Under the pieces are notes generated by a model, which saw only the letters and a list, made by a program, of their open reading frames with translations, was not told the DNA's origin and did not search any database. This document shows positions 35,635 to 45,908 of a DNA stretch of 57,502 bases, in pieces; within the stretch, counting starts at the first letter, position 1, and every line of letters starts with the position of its first letter. The DNA comes from Spirochaetales bacterium. GTDB taxonomy: Bacteria > Spirochaetota > Spirochaetia > DSM-27196 > SLST01. Made by a program: the position numbers and the translations under genes. The stretch is taken from positions 1 to 57,502 of the forward strand of contig JAHOYX010000019.1 in NCBI GenBank assembly GCA_019038705.1, given 5' to 3'.

Positions 35635-38600
35635 CCATCAGACCCATCCTGTGCGGATTCATGGTTCTCGCTCTTGCTGCCCCGGTAAGCCTGGTGGCGC
35701 AGGAGGCGCTGGAATCCGCACAGCAGGACGAACCAGAAATCAGAACTTCCCCAATCCTCAACGAGCAGACGTTGCGCCGGGATATCGAGACGGCCGGCTT
35801 CTACGAGCTGATTGCCTGGCTTGAGGGGTTGAATCAGTCAACCGCGGGCGACCGGAACGCGCTGGCGGGTCGACTCCTGGGCTACTACGGGTTGGCCGAG
35901 GAGCCTATCCTGGAAGACGAATCGACGCCGCTGGTCATTGATTCCGCCACCAGAACCCGGTACTTCACTCTGGACGAGATCGATGAGAGCTACGTGCGTC
36001 TGTCCGGAGGCGTAACTCTCACTCTCAGAGACGACGAGCGCGACGTGACTCACCAGATCGTTGCCGATGAGGTCACCTACAATCAGGATCTGAATGTCCT
36101 TTCGGCCTCGGGCGATGTGATCTACATCCTGGACCGCGGAGGCACCATAGAGCGGTTCACCGGGGCCGCCCTTACGGTTCAGTTGGACGATTGGGACGGC
36201 GCTTTCGTCCATGGCGTTACAGAACGGGCACGCACCATTGAGGGGGAGGAGGTGGATTTCTCCTTCGCCGGGAGCTACATAACGCGGTCCAGCGATGATG
36301 TTGTGGTGATGGAAGACGGTCGTGTCACTTCATCCACTGCCAAACCGCCGAACTATGAGATCCACGCAGACAAGATTTGGGTCCTGTCCCCGGGCGAATG
36401 GGGACTGCGGAATGCATATCTGTACGTCGGTCGGGTGGCCATCTTCTACTTTCCATTCTTCTTCAGACCCGGGAATGAATTTTTCTTCAACCCATCTGTG
36501 GGAGTGCGTGACCGAGAGGGCCGTTTCATCCAGACAACCACCTACATTCTGGGAGAACCGGAGGAGCCCGAGTCGGCGTTCTCGTTTCTTCAGATCGCGG
36601 AAGAGGAAGGAGCCGGCGGAGAGCACAAGATTGAGGGGCTCTACCTCGTTCCGGATGAGGAGTCTGACCTCGCTCCTGAGGATAGTGGGGCGGTGCTGCG
36701 GATTCTGACGGACATCTACACCAAGCTTGGCGCATACGTTGCCATAGACGGCACGATTCCGGAATCCGGCGTCCTGAACAATCTGGAAGTGTACCTGGGG
36801 CTCGGAATGAGTCGTCACATCTACCCGGGGCAAGGTAGCACCTACACTCCTTACCACCTGATGGACGGAGAAGCCGTGACATCATGGAACGCGACCCAGA
36901 TTGGATCGGTTCGGGTACCCTTCAGGTTTGGGCTTGGCCTCTCGGCGGCGCTGAGAGGCCAGGGGTACACCGTGTCGGGGGATGTGACCTTGTTCAGCGA
37001 CAGTCGATTTCAGAAGGACTTCGACCGACGCACCGAACAGATCGATTGGCTCGGGCTCATGGGTCAGGGAACACCCGTACCCGAGCCAGGATTGGTTACG
37101 AGCTATGAGTGGGCGCTGAGAGGAAGTTTGACGCCGCAGGTGCAGGCGCTGAACCCGTGGCTCCAGCGGGTTCAACTGCAAAACGCATCAATTGTCCTCA
37201 GGTGGCGAGAGGAGTCACTGCCGGAGCCCAGCGAGGAAGAAGGTTACCAGACGCCTCAAGAAGAACTGGTGTGGGAGGCGGATGGCAGCCCTGAGACGGG
37301 TTTCTTCTACCCCGACACTCTGCAGCTTCCCAATGTTTCGGGGATTATTTCGGGTCAGATTCTGCGCCTCTCGTCGTCCTCCGCGCCGGACGGGGATCTT
37401 GAGTCGCCGCCTGAGAGTGACCTCAGGCCGCCATGGACGGCCGAGAGCTTCGAACCCCTCGGCCCGGAGGAGTATCTCAGGTTGCCTGCGCCGCCTGGAG
37501 CGATGCCACCGCCTCCAATTCCAGAGCTGTGGAACGCATCCGTTGGGTACACCTTCACGCCGAGCGGTCTCCTCGAGAACACCTTCAATTCGGCCGGATG
37601 GGAAGAAGCGGCGGACGTGGACTATTCGCTGGAGTACTCGGCGGCCTCGGGCAGGGTAGGCGGCACCCTGCCGATGGCGCTGAATCTTCTGTCAAACGCA
37701 ATCGGGCTGACAGGTTCTCTCGCCATGAGCGGCCAGTACCGGACCGTGTACAATCGAGCCGGAACGATGGAGGATGTCGCTTGGACGTCACTTCTTCAGC
37801 AGGCGTACTCCTACTCTTCAGCTAATGCCACGGGGAATATGGCTCTCAGGGTATCCCCTTTTACGGGAAGCCGATTGTGGTCCAGCTCCACCGTCAGCTA
37901 TTCGCTGAACCTGCTGCTCTACCAGTTTCGTTACGAGCCCCTCGATCCGGCGGAGCTCGAGGCCCTTGGGATCGAGGGGCTCGAGGAAACAGGCCCGCCG
38001 ACCCATACGGAATGGATCGATTGGGGCGACGAGTCCTTTGTTCGGTCTCACCAGGTTCAGTTGAACGCCGTGCTTGATGTGCTGAGCGGGCAGGCGGTGC
38101 GACTCACCGCGGATCTGCCGCCGCGCGCGCTGAGATTTGTCGGACAACTGGATTTCGGGCTTTCACCCGTGGCGATCTCAGTGGCCTCGGGCTTACTCCA
38201 GGAAGAGGACGCAGCCGGCGTTAAGAGTTGGGCCTATCAGCCCATTACGTCTGCGCAGGCGCTGCTGCTGGGTGAGCTTGGTCAGATCCAGAATCAGATC
38301 TCCTACGACTGGGATCAGGACAACGGGGCGTACAAATTTGCGTACAACAACGCATCGGCGACGATCGGACCAGTGGGAGCGCAGTTTGAATGGCGATCAG
38401 CAGAGGAGTTCAAGTTTGAGAGCGCGGGTGAAGACTGGGACAATGACGGGATCGCTGGCGAACGGTGGATCTCCGTAAGCGCTCTTGACGATCAGGGAAA
38501 CCCGATTCTTCAGCCCCTTCCCACTCGCGCGGCGGTGACGGTGAATCTCTCGTCGGAACTCGAGCCGATGTGGCGCAGTCGCCTTCTCCTTGGCGGAACT

Positions 38601-39137
38601 CTTACCAGCTCCTGGTCCATGAATCTTCTTCGGTACACAGAGAGCAGTCTCTCGTTTGGTCTCAAAACGAATGTTGAGATCACTGACTTCCTGAGCCTGA
38701 GTTTCTCCTCCCAATCGATGAATACCCAGAGTTACGTGTACGTGGAATCGCTTGCCGAAGGTGTCGGCAGAGAGCGCCGAAGCCTCGTCGTTGACCTGCT
38801 GAAGAGCTTCAATTTTTTCAGCACAGACCAGAAGCATCGGACTGATTCGGCCTTTAACCTCCAGCAGATCCAGGTGAACGCGACCCACAATCTGGAAGAC
38901 TGGGATCTCGAGATCAGCTACTCCGGCAGACCCGAGATCATCGAGGTGCTCAATCTGGAGACCCCGGAGGCCGACGATACCCGACGGGTGTACGACTGGC
39001 AGAGCAGCCTTGAGATTGTGCTGCAGTGGCGGGCAATCCGAGAGCTGTCGTCCAATCTGCAGGCCGACAATCGGACCGGTTCGGATGCCGTGACCACCGG
39101 GTCACCGTGGGATCTGACCTTTGGGAGCGACTCTTGA
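35631..39137 (+). CDS. Large secreted/outer-membrane protein with OstA-like N-terminal region (putative LptD homolog, 1168 aa)
   Basis: The signal peptide is MVLALAAPVSLVAQE. The N-terminal segment LSGGVTLTLRDDERDVTHQIVADEVTYNQDLNVLSASGDVIYI resembles the OstA/LptD beta-jellyroll. ATGA overlap with uvrA. Confidence 0.5.
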   Translation: MTIRPILCGFMVLALAAPVSLVAQEALESAQQDEPEIRTSPILNEQTLRRDIETAGFYELIAWLEGLNQSTAGDRNALAGRLLGYYGLAEEPILEDESTPLVIDSATRTRYFTLDEIDESYVRLSGGVTLTLRDDERDVTHQIVADEVTYNQDLNVLSASGDVIYILDRGGTIERFTGAALTVQLDDWDGAFVHGVTERARTIEGEEVDFSFAGSYITRSSDDVVVMEDGRVTSSTAKPPNYEIHADKIWVLSPGEWGLRNAYLYVGRVAIFYFPFFFRPGNEFFFNPSVGVRDREGRFIQTTTYILGEPEEPESAFSFLQIAEEEGAGGEHKIEGLYLVPDEESDLAPEDSGAVLRILTDIYTKLGAYVAIDGTIPESGVLNNLEVYLGLGMSRHIYPGQGSTYTPYHLMDGEAVTSWNATQIGSVRVPFRFGLGLSAALRGQGYTVSGDVTLFSDSRFQKDFDRRTEQIDWLGLMGQGTPVPEPGLVTSYEWALRGSLTPQVQALNPWLQRVQLQNASIVLRWREESLPEPSEEEGYQTPQEELVWEADGSPETGFFYPDTLQLPNVSGIISGQILRLSSSSAPDGDLESPPESDLRPPWTAESFEPLGPEEYLRLPAPPGAMPPPPIPELWNASVGYTFTPSGLLENTFNSAGWEEAADVDYSLEYSAASGRVGGTLPMALNLLSNAIGLTGSLAMSGQYRTVYNRAGTMEDVAWTSLLQQAYSYSSANATGNMALRVSPFTGSRLWSSSTVSYSLNLLLYQFRYEPLDPAELEALGIEGLEETGPPTHTEWIDWGDESFVRSHQVQLNAVLDVLSGQAVRLTADLPPRALRFVGQLDFGLSPVAISVASGLLQEEDAAGVKSWAYQPITSAQALLLGELGQIQNQISYDWDQDNGAYKFAYNNASATIGPVGAQFEWRSAEEFKFESAGEDWDNDGIAGERWISVSALDDQGNPILQPLPTRAAVTVNLSSELEPMWRSRLLLGGTLTSSWSMNLLRYTESSLSFGLKTNVEITDFLSLSFSSQSMNTQSYVYVESLAEGVGRERRSLVVDLLKSFNFFSTDQKHRTDSAFNLQQIQVNATHNLEDWDLEISYSGRPEIIEVLNLETPEADDTRRVYDWQSSLEIVLQWRAIRELSSNLQADNRTGSDAVTTGSPWDLTFGSDS

Positions 39138-39163
39138 CCCGATCTTCCATGGCCTTCTATACT
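39134..39163 (+). promoter_or_regulatory. Putative phoH-operon promoter TTGACC-N18-TATACT
   Basis: TTGACC is at 39134..39139 and TATACT at 39158..39163. AAGGAG lies 5 nt before TTG start 39186. Confidence 0.4.
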
Positions 39164-39185
39164 TTCCGGTGGAGAAGGAGACCGT

Positions 39186-40154
39186 TTGAGCAATAGTAGT
39201 GCCGTGGTCCTGGGCAACCCTGAGTTGTTGTCGGAGTTTTGCGGTGTGAACGATCAGAATCTCCGTGTGCTGGAAGAGCTTATCTGCACCCGCATCCACT
39301 CTCGAGGCAACGAGTTATTTCTGGAGGAAGACGACGAGTCAAATCGATCAATGCTCCTGAAGATGGTGGAGGAGCTCAATGCCCATGTGGCGCTTGGTCA
39401 AGTGCTCAATGAAGAACTGATCCGAGCGGTGTTTCTCTCCCTTGCGGAGAATGACGAGAAGAAAATGGAACTGCTCAGGGAAGCGTCCATAGTGGTTCCA
39501 GGCCGCGATCAGAAGGTCTTTCCGCGATCAGCAGCCCAGGCGCACTATCTGAATGCCCTGGATAGTCACGATGTCGTGTTTGGGGTGGGGCCGGCCGGGA
39601 CGGGAAAGACTTATCTCGCGGTGGCCCACGCGTTGAGAGATGTGTTGACCAGGAAGCGTCGAAAGCTTGTGCTCACACGGCCGGTGGTTGAAGCGGGCGA
39701 AAGTCTTGGATACCTGCCGGGTGACCTGGCTCAGAAGATCAGCCCCTACCTTCGGCCGCTTTACGATGCGATGGAATCACTTGTACCGTATGAAACACTG
39801 CACCGTATGGAAGATCAGCGGGTGATTGAGATCGCTCCGCTTGCCTACATGCGCGGGCGGAGCCTCAATGACTGTTATGTGATTCTGGACGAAGCCCAGA
39901 ACACCACTCGCGAGCAGATGAAGATGTTCCTCACACGGATCGGCGAGGGGAGCCAGGCGATCATAACCGGAGACGTGACTCAGATTGATCTCCCCAGAAG
40001 ACGGCACTCCGGTCTTCTCCACGCCATTGAACTCCTCAGTGACATTCCCGATATCCGCTTCTGCTACTCCACCGCGCAGGACGTGGTGCGAAATCCTCTC
40101 GTACAGAAAATCATCAGTGCCTATGAGGCAGAATCGATTTCAGGGGACATGTAG
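39186..40154 (+). CDS. phoH: PhoH-family ATPase
   Basis: Has the GPAGTGKTYLAVA Walker A motif and ILDEAQN. Confidence 0.9.
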   Translation: MSNSSAVVLGNPELLSEFCGVNDQNLRVLEELICTRIHSRGNELFLEEDDESNRSMLLKMVEELNAHVALGQVLNEELIRAVFLSLAENDEKKMELLREASIVVPGRDQKVFPRSAAQAHYLNALDSHDVVFGVGPAGTGKTYLAVAHALRDVLTRKRRKLVLTRPVVEAGESLGYLPGDLAQKISPYLRPLYDAMESLVPYETLHRMEDQRVIEIAPLAYMRGRSLNDCYVILDEAQNTTREQMKMFLTRIGEGSQAIITGDVTQIDLPRRRHSGLLHAIELLSDIPDIRFCYSTAQDVVRNPLVQKIISAYEAESISGDM

Positions 40155-40160
40155 GCTCAG

Positions 40161-40634
40161 GTGAAGACTGTCGATGTATCATTGGAAGACGTTGAACCTC
40201 CTGACTGGCTTCCGGACGTCTCAAGTGTTGCGGCGTTCACCCTTGAGGCAGTATCAATATCGAACTATGAAGTGGGTGTTCTCCTGTGCACGGATTCCAG
40301 GATAGCTGATTTGAATTCAACCTACCGGGGCATCGACGGGCCGACCGACGTTCTTGCCTTTTCACAGGACGAAGGTGATCAAGTCCCGGTAGAATCGTCC
40401 GATGGTCTTCGCGGCGATGTGGCGATTTCATTGGAATCGGTCCAGGCGAATGCCGAGCGGTTCGGTGTTGGTGCGGCTGAGGAGATTGTGCGGGTAGCCG
40501 TTCACGGCCTTCTCCACCTTGCCGGGTACGGACACGAGGGAGTGACACTGTCCGACAGCACGGCCGGAAAGCATCCGATGCTCGCCTTGCAGGAACAGAT
40601 TGTAGAAGCGCTTACCAAGGAGCAGAAAGAGTGA
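40161..40634 (+). CDS. ybeY: rRNA maturation endoribonuclease YbeY
   Basis: Has the HGLLHLAGYGHE zinc motif. 157 aa. Confidence 0.9.
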   Translation: MKTVDVSLEDVEPPDWLPDVSSVAAFTLEAVSISNYEVGVLLCTDSRIADLNSTYRGIDGPTDVLAFSQDEGDQVPVESSDGLRGDVAISLESVQANAERFGVGAAEEIVRVAVHGLLHLAGYGHEGVTLSDSTAGKHPMLALQEQIVEALTKEQKE

Positions 40635-41422
40635 AACGGGAAAGTTTCTTCAGGCGTCTATTCCGTCGGAACGGAATACCGGTGGACGGCGAAGATCATG
40701 AGTTGAATATCGAGAAACAGGACATGATCCGTGGCGTTTTTACGCTTTCGGAGAGAACCGTGAAGGAGGTCATGGTTCCGAGGATTGACGTGGCATTTGT
40801 TGCGCTGGACATGGATCCGAAGGTGGCTGTCGAGAAAGTGGGTGAAAGCGGGCATTCCCGGCTTCCGGTCTACAAGGACACGATAGACAACGTCGTTGGC
40901 ATGATCTACGCCAAGGATCTGCTCGAATACTACATCTCCGGAAAAACATTTGAGATAGAGCAGGTAATACGGAAACCGTTTTTCGTGCCCGACAGCAAGC
41001 GGCTGGATTCGCTGCTTCGTGAGATGCGAAGACGACGCGTGCACATTGCCGTTGCCGTGGACGAATACGGCGGCGTGTCCGGAATAGTCTGCCTTGAAGA
41101 TATTCTTGAGGAGATTGTGGGAGATATCCAGGATGAGTTCGACAACGAGCGGGAAGATATCCTTGAGATAGGCGACAAGGTCTATCTGTGTGATGCTCGA
41201 GTTGACATAGAAGATCTGAATGAAGAGCTGGAACTGGATCTGCCGGATGCTGATTTTGACTCTCTCGGAGGATTCGTGTTTGATTTGTTTGGCAAGATCC
41301 CGGTCCGGTATGAGAAGGTGTCGTATGGCGACACGGGGTTCGTAGTCCAGGAGATGGACGGTCACAAGATCAAGACGGTGAAAGTAGTGGTGGAATGGAA
41401 TGACAAAGAAACGGTCCGGTAG
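40631..41422 (+). CDS. corC: CBS-pair plus CorC_HlyC domain protein (CorC/YbeX-like)
   Basis: Has VMVPRIDV...LPVY...VDEYGGVSGIVCLEDILEEIVGDI, and sits in the conserved phoH-ybeY-corC context. Confidence 0.85.
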   Translation: MKRESFFRRLFRRNGIPVDGEDHELNIEKQDMIRGVFTLSERTVKEVMVPRIDVAFVALDMDPKVAVEKVGESGHSRLPVYKDTIDNVVGMIYAKDLLEYYISGKTFEIEQVIRKPFFVPDSKRLDSLLREMRRRRVHIAVAVDEYGGVSGIVCLEDILEEIVGDIQDEFDNEREDILEIGDKVYLCDARVDIEDLNEELELDLPDADFDSLGGFVFDLFGKIPVRYEKVSYGDTGFVVQEMDGHKIKTVKVVVEWNDKETVR

Positions 41423-43385
41423 GCTACCTGCCGTAGTCGTTCTAAGTCTCATGGTCGGTTTGAGCATCACTGGCGTCGTCGGCGCCCAGACCGTCTGGGA
41501 ACTTCAGACAGCTGGACTGGAAGCACTGGCCGGCGGTGACTACTACACGGCAATAGAGGCGTTTGGCAGCGCACTTCAGATCAACCCACAGGACCTGGGC
41601 TCTACAGTGGGAATGGCCGAGTCGTACTACTGGCTTGGCGAATACGATCAGGCCCAGGGTCTCGCGTCACGGGCGCTCTCCCTGTCGCGCCGTGACCCGG
41701 AGGTTCTGACCCTGAACGGGCGCATTTCCATCGGGTCGGGCGATCTTGATGCCGCACTGGACTACTTCAATTCGGCCATTGCCGTTGAACCGAATAACGT
41801 AGAGGCTGAAATCGGGTTGGCTGAGCTGGCTCTCGCCGAGGGCAGGAATCTTGATGCAACGCTTTCACTTGAGCGTCTGCTCAGGATCCATCCCGAACAC
41901 CAGAAGGCACTTCTTTCCCTGGTTCTGGTATATGAACAAGCCGGTGATTTTGAGACTGCCGAGCGCTACCTGGATATCGCACTGCAAACTCACGGCAACG
42001 CACCTGAGACCCACATCCTTGCTGCGGAGTACGACCTCAGGCGCGGCAACAATGACGCAGCTGCCGCCCACGCCCGGACGGCGCAGGCTCTTGATGCACA
42101 CAGCACCTCGGCAGCACGCATACGCGCGACGGTGGCGCTGCTTGACGAAAGATACATCGAGGCAATCGCGACTGCTGAAGAGTTGCTCAGAGGCGAGAGG
42201 ACAGACGCCAGTGTGTGGTTCCTTCGCGGACAGGCCCTTGTTGGCGCGGAGAGAATTGAGGAGGCAATGGATTCGTTCCGGACCGCGCTACGCTACAAGC
42301 CGGACGACGAAATCATCCGTCTCGTTGCCGAGAATATCGCAATGCGGGAATATCCGATGGAAGCGCCAATTCGCTCCGAGTTTGCGGCCTATGCCGCCGA
42401 GCGCGCGGACTATTTCGCCGATGGGTATCTCTATTCGAAGGCACTTTCTTCCTACCGACGGGCGTTGCGATTGACACCGTTTGATGTCTCCCTGCGGCTA
42501 TCATACGCCGAGCTTCACCGGACACTTGGACACACCGCGACATTCCTGCAGGAACTCGCCGTGCTCACTGACGCGGGGCAGGGAACCCCCGAGATTGACC
42601 GACGCATATCGGTCTACGAGAATGCGCTGTCGGAAAGCGTTGCGTTCCAGTGGGCAATAGATCAATTCACGCTGTCGAAGTCAAAGACATCAATTGCAGT
42701 GTTTCTGGCCGGCGGCTCCACTCCCCTGACCCATCCGCTCTCAGAAAGAGAGCTCCTGAAGAGCATTACGACGAATCTCGAGAGCCTGGAACGCGTGGAT
42801 GTTCGAGAGAGTTCGGTTTCTTCCGACTTTCCGGACGCATTCGCCCGAGCTAGATCTGAGGATGTCGATTTCTTCATACTATTGTGGCTCACCGATAGCC
42901 CCCGCAGTTTTGGTTTGGATGCCACGGTTCATGTTGGGCGTACCGGCGTGGCCGTCACATCCATATCGATTGCGCGCGTGGGGCCGACGCGGGTCATTGA
43001 CACCCTTGATGCCTTCTCCCGTCGTGTGGCCGGCATGTTCCCTTTTCAGACCACGATCATCCGGCGTCGTGGCGATCTCGTGCTGATTGATGCCGGACTG
43101 CGCGACGGGATTGCTGAAGGAGCCGAACTCACTGTACTGGCGCCCGAGGCGATAATCGTCGCGGCCGGAGCCATCGAGTATTCCTACGACGCAGAATCGG
43201 TACTCGGGAGCATCAAGATCACCCGACGTGACGACCTGATCTCGGAGGGGATCATATCCGTTGACGGCCTTGTAGATGCAATAGTGGTAGGGGACACGGC
43301 AGTGATGCCCGGAGAGACAGTTCTGGAGCGAAGCTCAGGGGCACTCTATCCTCTGCTATACGACAGGGTGCGTGCTCTGCGTTGA
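41400..43385 (+). CDS. Secreted TPR-repeat protein (661 aa)
   Basis: The signal peptide is MTKKRSGRLPAVVVLSLMVGLSITGVVGAQ. Multiple TPR-like repeats are present. 23-nt overlap with corC. Confidence 0.55.
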   Translation: MTKKRSGRLPAVVVLSLMVGLSITGVVGAQTVWELQTAGLEALAGGDYYTAIEAFGSALQINPQDLGSTVGMAESYYWLGEYDQAQGLASRALSLSRRDPEVLTLNGRISIGSGDLDAALDYFNSAIAVEPNNVEAEIGLAELALAEGRNLDATLSLERLLRIHPEHQKALLSLVLVYEQAGDFETAERYLDIALQTHGNAPETHILAAEYDLRRGNNDAAAAHARTAQALDAHSTSAARIRATVALLDERYIEAIATAEELLRGERTDASVWFLRGQALVGAERIEEAMDSFRTALRYKPDDEIIRLVAENIAMREYPMEAPIRSEFAAYAAERADYFADGYLYSKALSSYRRALRLTPFDVSLRLSYAELHRTLGHTATFLQELAVLTDAGQGTPEIDRRISVYENALSESVAFQWAIDQFTLSKSKTSIAVFLAGGSTPLTHPLSERELLKSITTNLESLERVDVRESSVSSDFPDAFARARSEDVDFFILLWLTDSPRSFGLDATVHVGRTGVAVTSISIARVGPTRVIDTLDAFSRRVAGMFPFQTTIIRRRGDLVLIDAGLRDGIAEGAELTVLAPEAIIVAAGAIEYSYDAESVLGSIKITRRDDLISEGIISVDGLVDAIVVGDTAVMPGETVLERSSGALYPLLYDRVRALR

Positions 43386-43411
43386 CATCAACTCTTCGAC
43401 TTTTGTATTAT
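43382..43411 (+). promoter_or_regulatory. Putative pgk promoter TTGACA-N18-TATTAT
   Basis: TTGACA is at 43382..43387 and overlaps the upstream stop. TATTAT is at 43406..43411. GGAGGG lies just before ATG 43457. Confidence 0.5.
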
Positions 43412-43456
43412 GCGGGAACGATTTGCTTGCCCATTCACCGCTGACATGGAGGGTCT

Positions 43457-44641
43457 ATGCCGCTGAAAACGATTCGGGATATTGACGTCTCGGGCAAGCG
43501 AGTGCTCGTGCGTGTGGACTACAATGTTCCGATCAAGAAGGGGCAGGTCACCGACTCCACGCGGATTGAGGCAAGCCTCCCGACCCTGCGACATCTCCTT
43601 GACAATGGGGGCCGGCTCGTGCTCATGAGCCACCTCGGTCGACCCAAAGGATCGCCCGATCCAGCACTCAGCCTGAGGCCGGTCGCTGATAAACTCTCGG
43701 CATTGATCGGCACGCCGGTCAGGATGGCGCCGGACTGTATCGGGGAAGAAGCCGAACAACTCTCGCGTGGTCTGGCCGCCGGCGAAATCCTCATGCTTGA
43801 GAATGTGCGATTCCATTCGGCTGAGACTTCAAACGACAGTGACTTTGCGACGCAGTTGGCTCGCCTGGGCGATTTGTACGTCAATGATGCGTTTGGCAGC
43901 GCGCACCGGGCTCACGCTTCAACTGAAGGTGTTGCGCACCTCCTACCGGCTGTGGCCGGCTTCCTCATTGAGAAGGAAATCAGGTTCTTCCGGCCCCTGG
44001 TAACCAACCCGGAGCGGCCGTTTGTCGCCATCATCGGTGGCGCCAAAGTGTCCAGCAAGATTGGCGTACTCGAGAGTCTGCTTCCGAAGTGTGACACCTT
44101 GATCATTGGTGGCGGCATGTCCTACACCTTCCTCAAGGTTCAGGGACACCGTATTGGGGACAGCCTCTGTGAAGACGAGTATCTTGACACCGCGAAGGCT
44201 CTGCTTCGGCAGGCTGAAACGTCCGGAGTCAAGATCGTGCTTCCGCTGGATCACGTGGTAGGCTCGGAGTTCTCCGAAGATGCCTCTCCGGAGGCAGTAG
44301 ATGGGATTGACATCCCTGATGGGATGATTGGCATGGATGTCGGCCCGAAGACAATTGCGTCTGCGGCGGGGCCCATCCAAAGTGCCCGGTCGGTGATCTG
44401 GAACGGACCCATGGGTGTGTTCGAGTTTGAAGCGTTCGCCAAGGGGAGCCTGGAGATAGCCAGGCTGGTAGCTGAATGCGCCGGCACAACCGTTGTCGGT
44501 GGCGGTGATGCAGTGGCGGCGGTCAATGCCTTCGGGCTGAGCGGGAAGATGGACCATGTGTCCACCGGAGGGGGCGCTTCGCTGGAGTTCCTGGAAGGAA
44601 AGACTCTCCCGGGGATTGCAGCCCTGGAGAGCAGGGAGTAG
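43457..44641 (+). CDS. pgk: Phosphoglycerate kinase
   Basis: Has VLVRVDYNVP, SHLGRPKG and GGGDAVAAV motifs. Confidence 0.95.
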   Translation: MPLKTIRDIDVSGKRVLVRVDYNVPIKKGQVTDSTRIEASLPTLRHLLDNGGRLVLMSHLGRPKGSPDPALSLRPVADKLSALIGTPVRMAPDCIGEEAEQLSRGLAAGEILMLENVRFHSAETSNDSDFATQLARLGDLYVNDAFGSAHRAHASTEGVAHLLPAVAGFLIEKEIRFFRPLVTNPERPFVAIIGGAKVSSKIGVLESLLPKCDTLIIGGGMSYTFLKVQGHRIGDSLCEDEYLDTAKALLRQAETSGVKIVLPLDHVVGSEFSEDASPEAVDGIDIPDGMIGMDVGPKTIASAAGPIQSARSVIWNGPMGVFEFEAFAKGSLEIARLVAECAGTTVVGGGDAVAAVNAFGLSGKMDHVSTGGGASLEFLEGKTLPGIAALESRE

Positions 44642-44643
44642 AT

Positions 44644-45396
44644 ATGCGACAATCATACGTGGCGGGCAACTGGAAGATGCACAAGACCATTGCCGAGGCC
44701 GTGTCCCTGGCAAATGAATTGGCCGAAGGACTGAAACGTTCGCCAAACAAGCTCATGGTGGCCCCGCCGTTCACCGCGCTGTCGGCCGTTGGACCTGCGA
44801 TAGCCGCCGGCGGAATACTGCTGGGTGCGCAGAATATGGCTTCGGAACTTGAGGGCGCACACACCGGAGAGATTTCGGTGCGAATGCTGAAGGATCTTGG
44901 AGTGCGCGTGGCGATCATCGGTCACTCCGAGCGTCGCCATGTGTACAACGAGAGCGACGAGCTGATTAATCAGAAGGTGCAATTGGCTCTTACCGAGGGA
45001 ATGGAAGTCATTCTCTGCGTCGGCGAAACACTGGATGAGCGTGAGGCCGGTGACGTTGAGCGTGTCGTGGGGACCCAACTCAGGGCGGGGCTTTCGGGTG
45101 TCGAAAATGTCTCCCTGGATCAGGTGACCATTGCATACGAGCCGGTGTGGGCGATAGGGACCGGAAAGACTGCAACGCCCGAAGACGCCGACGCCGTACA
45201 TCGGTATATTCGGGGCTGGTTTGCTGAGACCTACGAAAGTGACGCAGCCGAGAACATCATCGTGCAGTATGGTGGCTCGGTGAAACCGGACAACATTGCT
45301 GCCCTCATGAAGATGGAAAACATCGATGGCGCCCTTGTCGGCGGAGCATCGTTGAAGGCGGAAACCTTTCTGCCGATCTGTCGCTTCAATGACTGA
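44644..45396 (+). CDS. tpiA: Triosephosphate isomerase
   Basis: Has VAGNWKMHKT, IGHSERR and AYEPVWAIGTGK motifs. Confidence 0.95.
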   Translation: MRQSYVAGNWKMHKTIAEAVSLANELAEGLKRSPNKLMVAPPFTALSAVGPAIAAGGILLGAQNMASELEGAHTGEISVRMLKDLGVRVAIIGHSERRHVYNESDELINQKVQLALTEGMEVILCVGETLDEREAGDVERVVGTQLRAGLSGVENVSLDQVTIAYEPVWAIGTGKTATPEDADAVHRYIRGWFAETYESDAAENIIVQYGGSVKPDNIAALMKMENIDGALVGGASLKAETFLPICRFND

Positions 45397-45430
45397 CACA
45401 CTGGCGCAGGACGCCGACTAAGGAAACGAA

Positions 45431-45868
45431 ATGGCAATCTTGAGTGGATTTCTACTGGTTACGTTCATCATCAGTGCGGTACTGCTGGTGATTATCGTTC
45501 TGATGCAGGATGAACAGGGCGAAGGCCTTGGCGGAATATTTGGTGGCGGCGGCGCGGCGCCAGTCGGAAATCGGTCCGGAAACATCCTGACAAAGGCTAC
45601 GACCATCATCGCGGCAGTCTTTCTCATCAGCGTAGTCGGCTTCGCATACGTGAATCGCTCTCCGGAAACAGCCAACATCGAGGCGGCAGCCCGGCAACTG
45701 GAGAACGAGACGGGTGGCACTCTGCAGTGGTGGAACGTGGACGAACCGGTGGAACTTCCCGACGGCTCCACAGATTCTTCGGAGGGTGGAACCGAGTCGG
45801 CGACCTCGGAGGCTCCGGCTGCCCTGGAGACTTCAGCTGATGAAGAGACGGCGCAGGAGGGTGATTAA
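45431..45868 (+). CDS. secG: Preprotein translocase subunit SecG with extended acidic C-terminal tail
   Basis: Contains LLVIIVLMQDEQGEGLGGIFGGGG and a second TM segment. It sits in the pgk-tpiA-secG context. Confidence 0.85.
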   Translation: MAILSGFLLVTFIISAVLLVIIVLMQDEQGEGLGGIFGGGGAAPVGNRSGNILTKATTIIAAVFLISVVGFAYVNRSPETANIEAAARQLENETGGTLQWWNVDEPVELPDGSTDSSEGGTESATSEAPAALETSADEETAQEGD

Positions 45869-45908
45869 TCACTTTCCCGACCGTTATCGATGTGGTTAGG
45901 GAGGCGAA

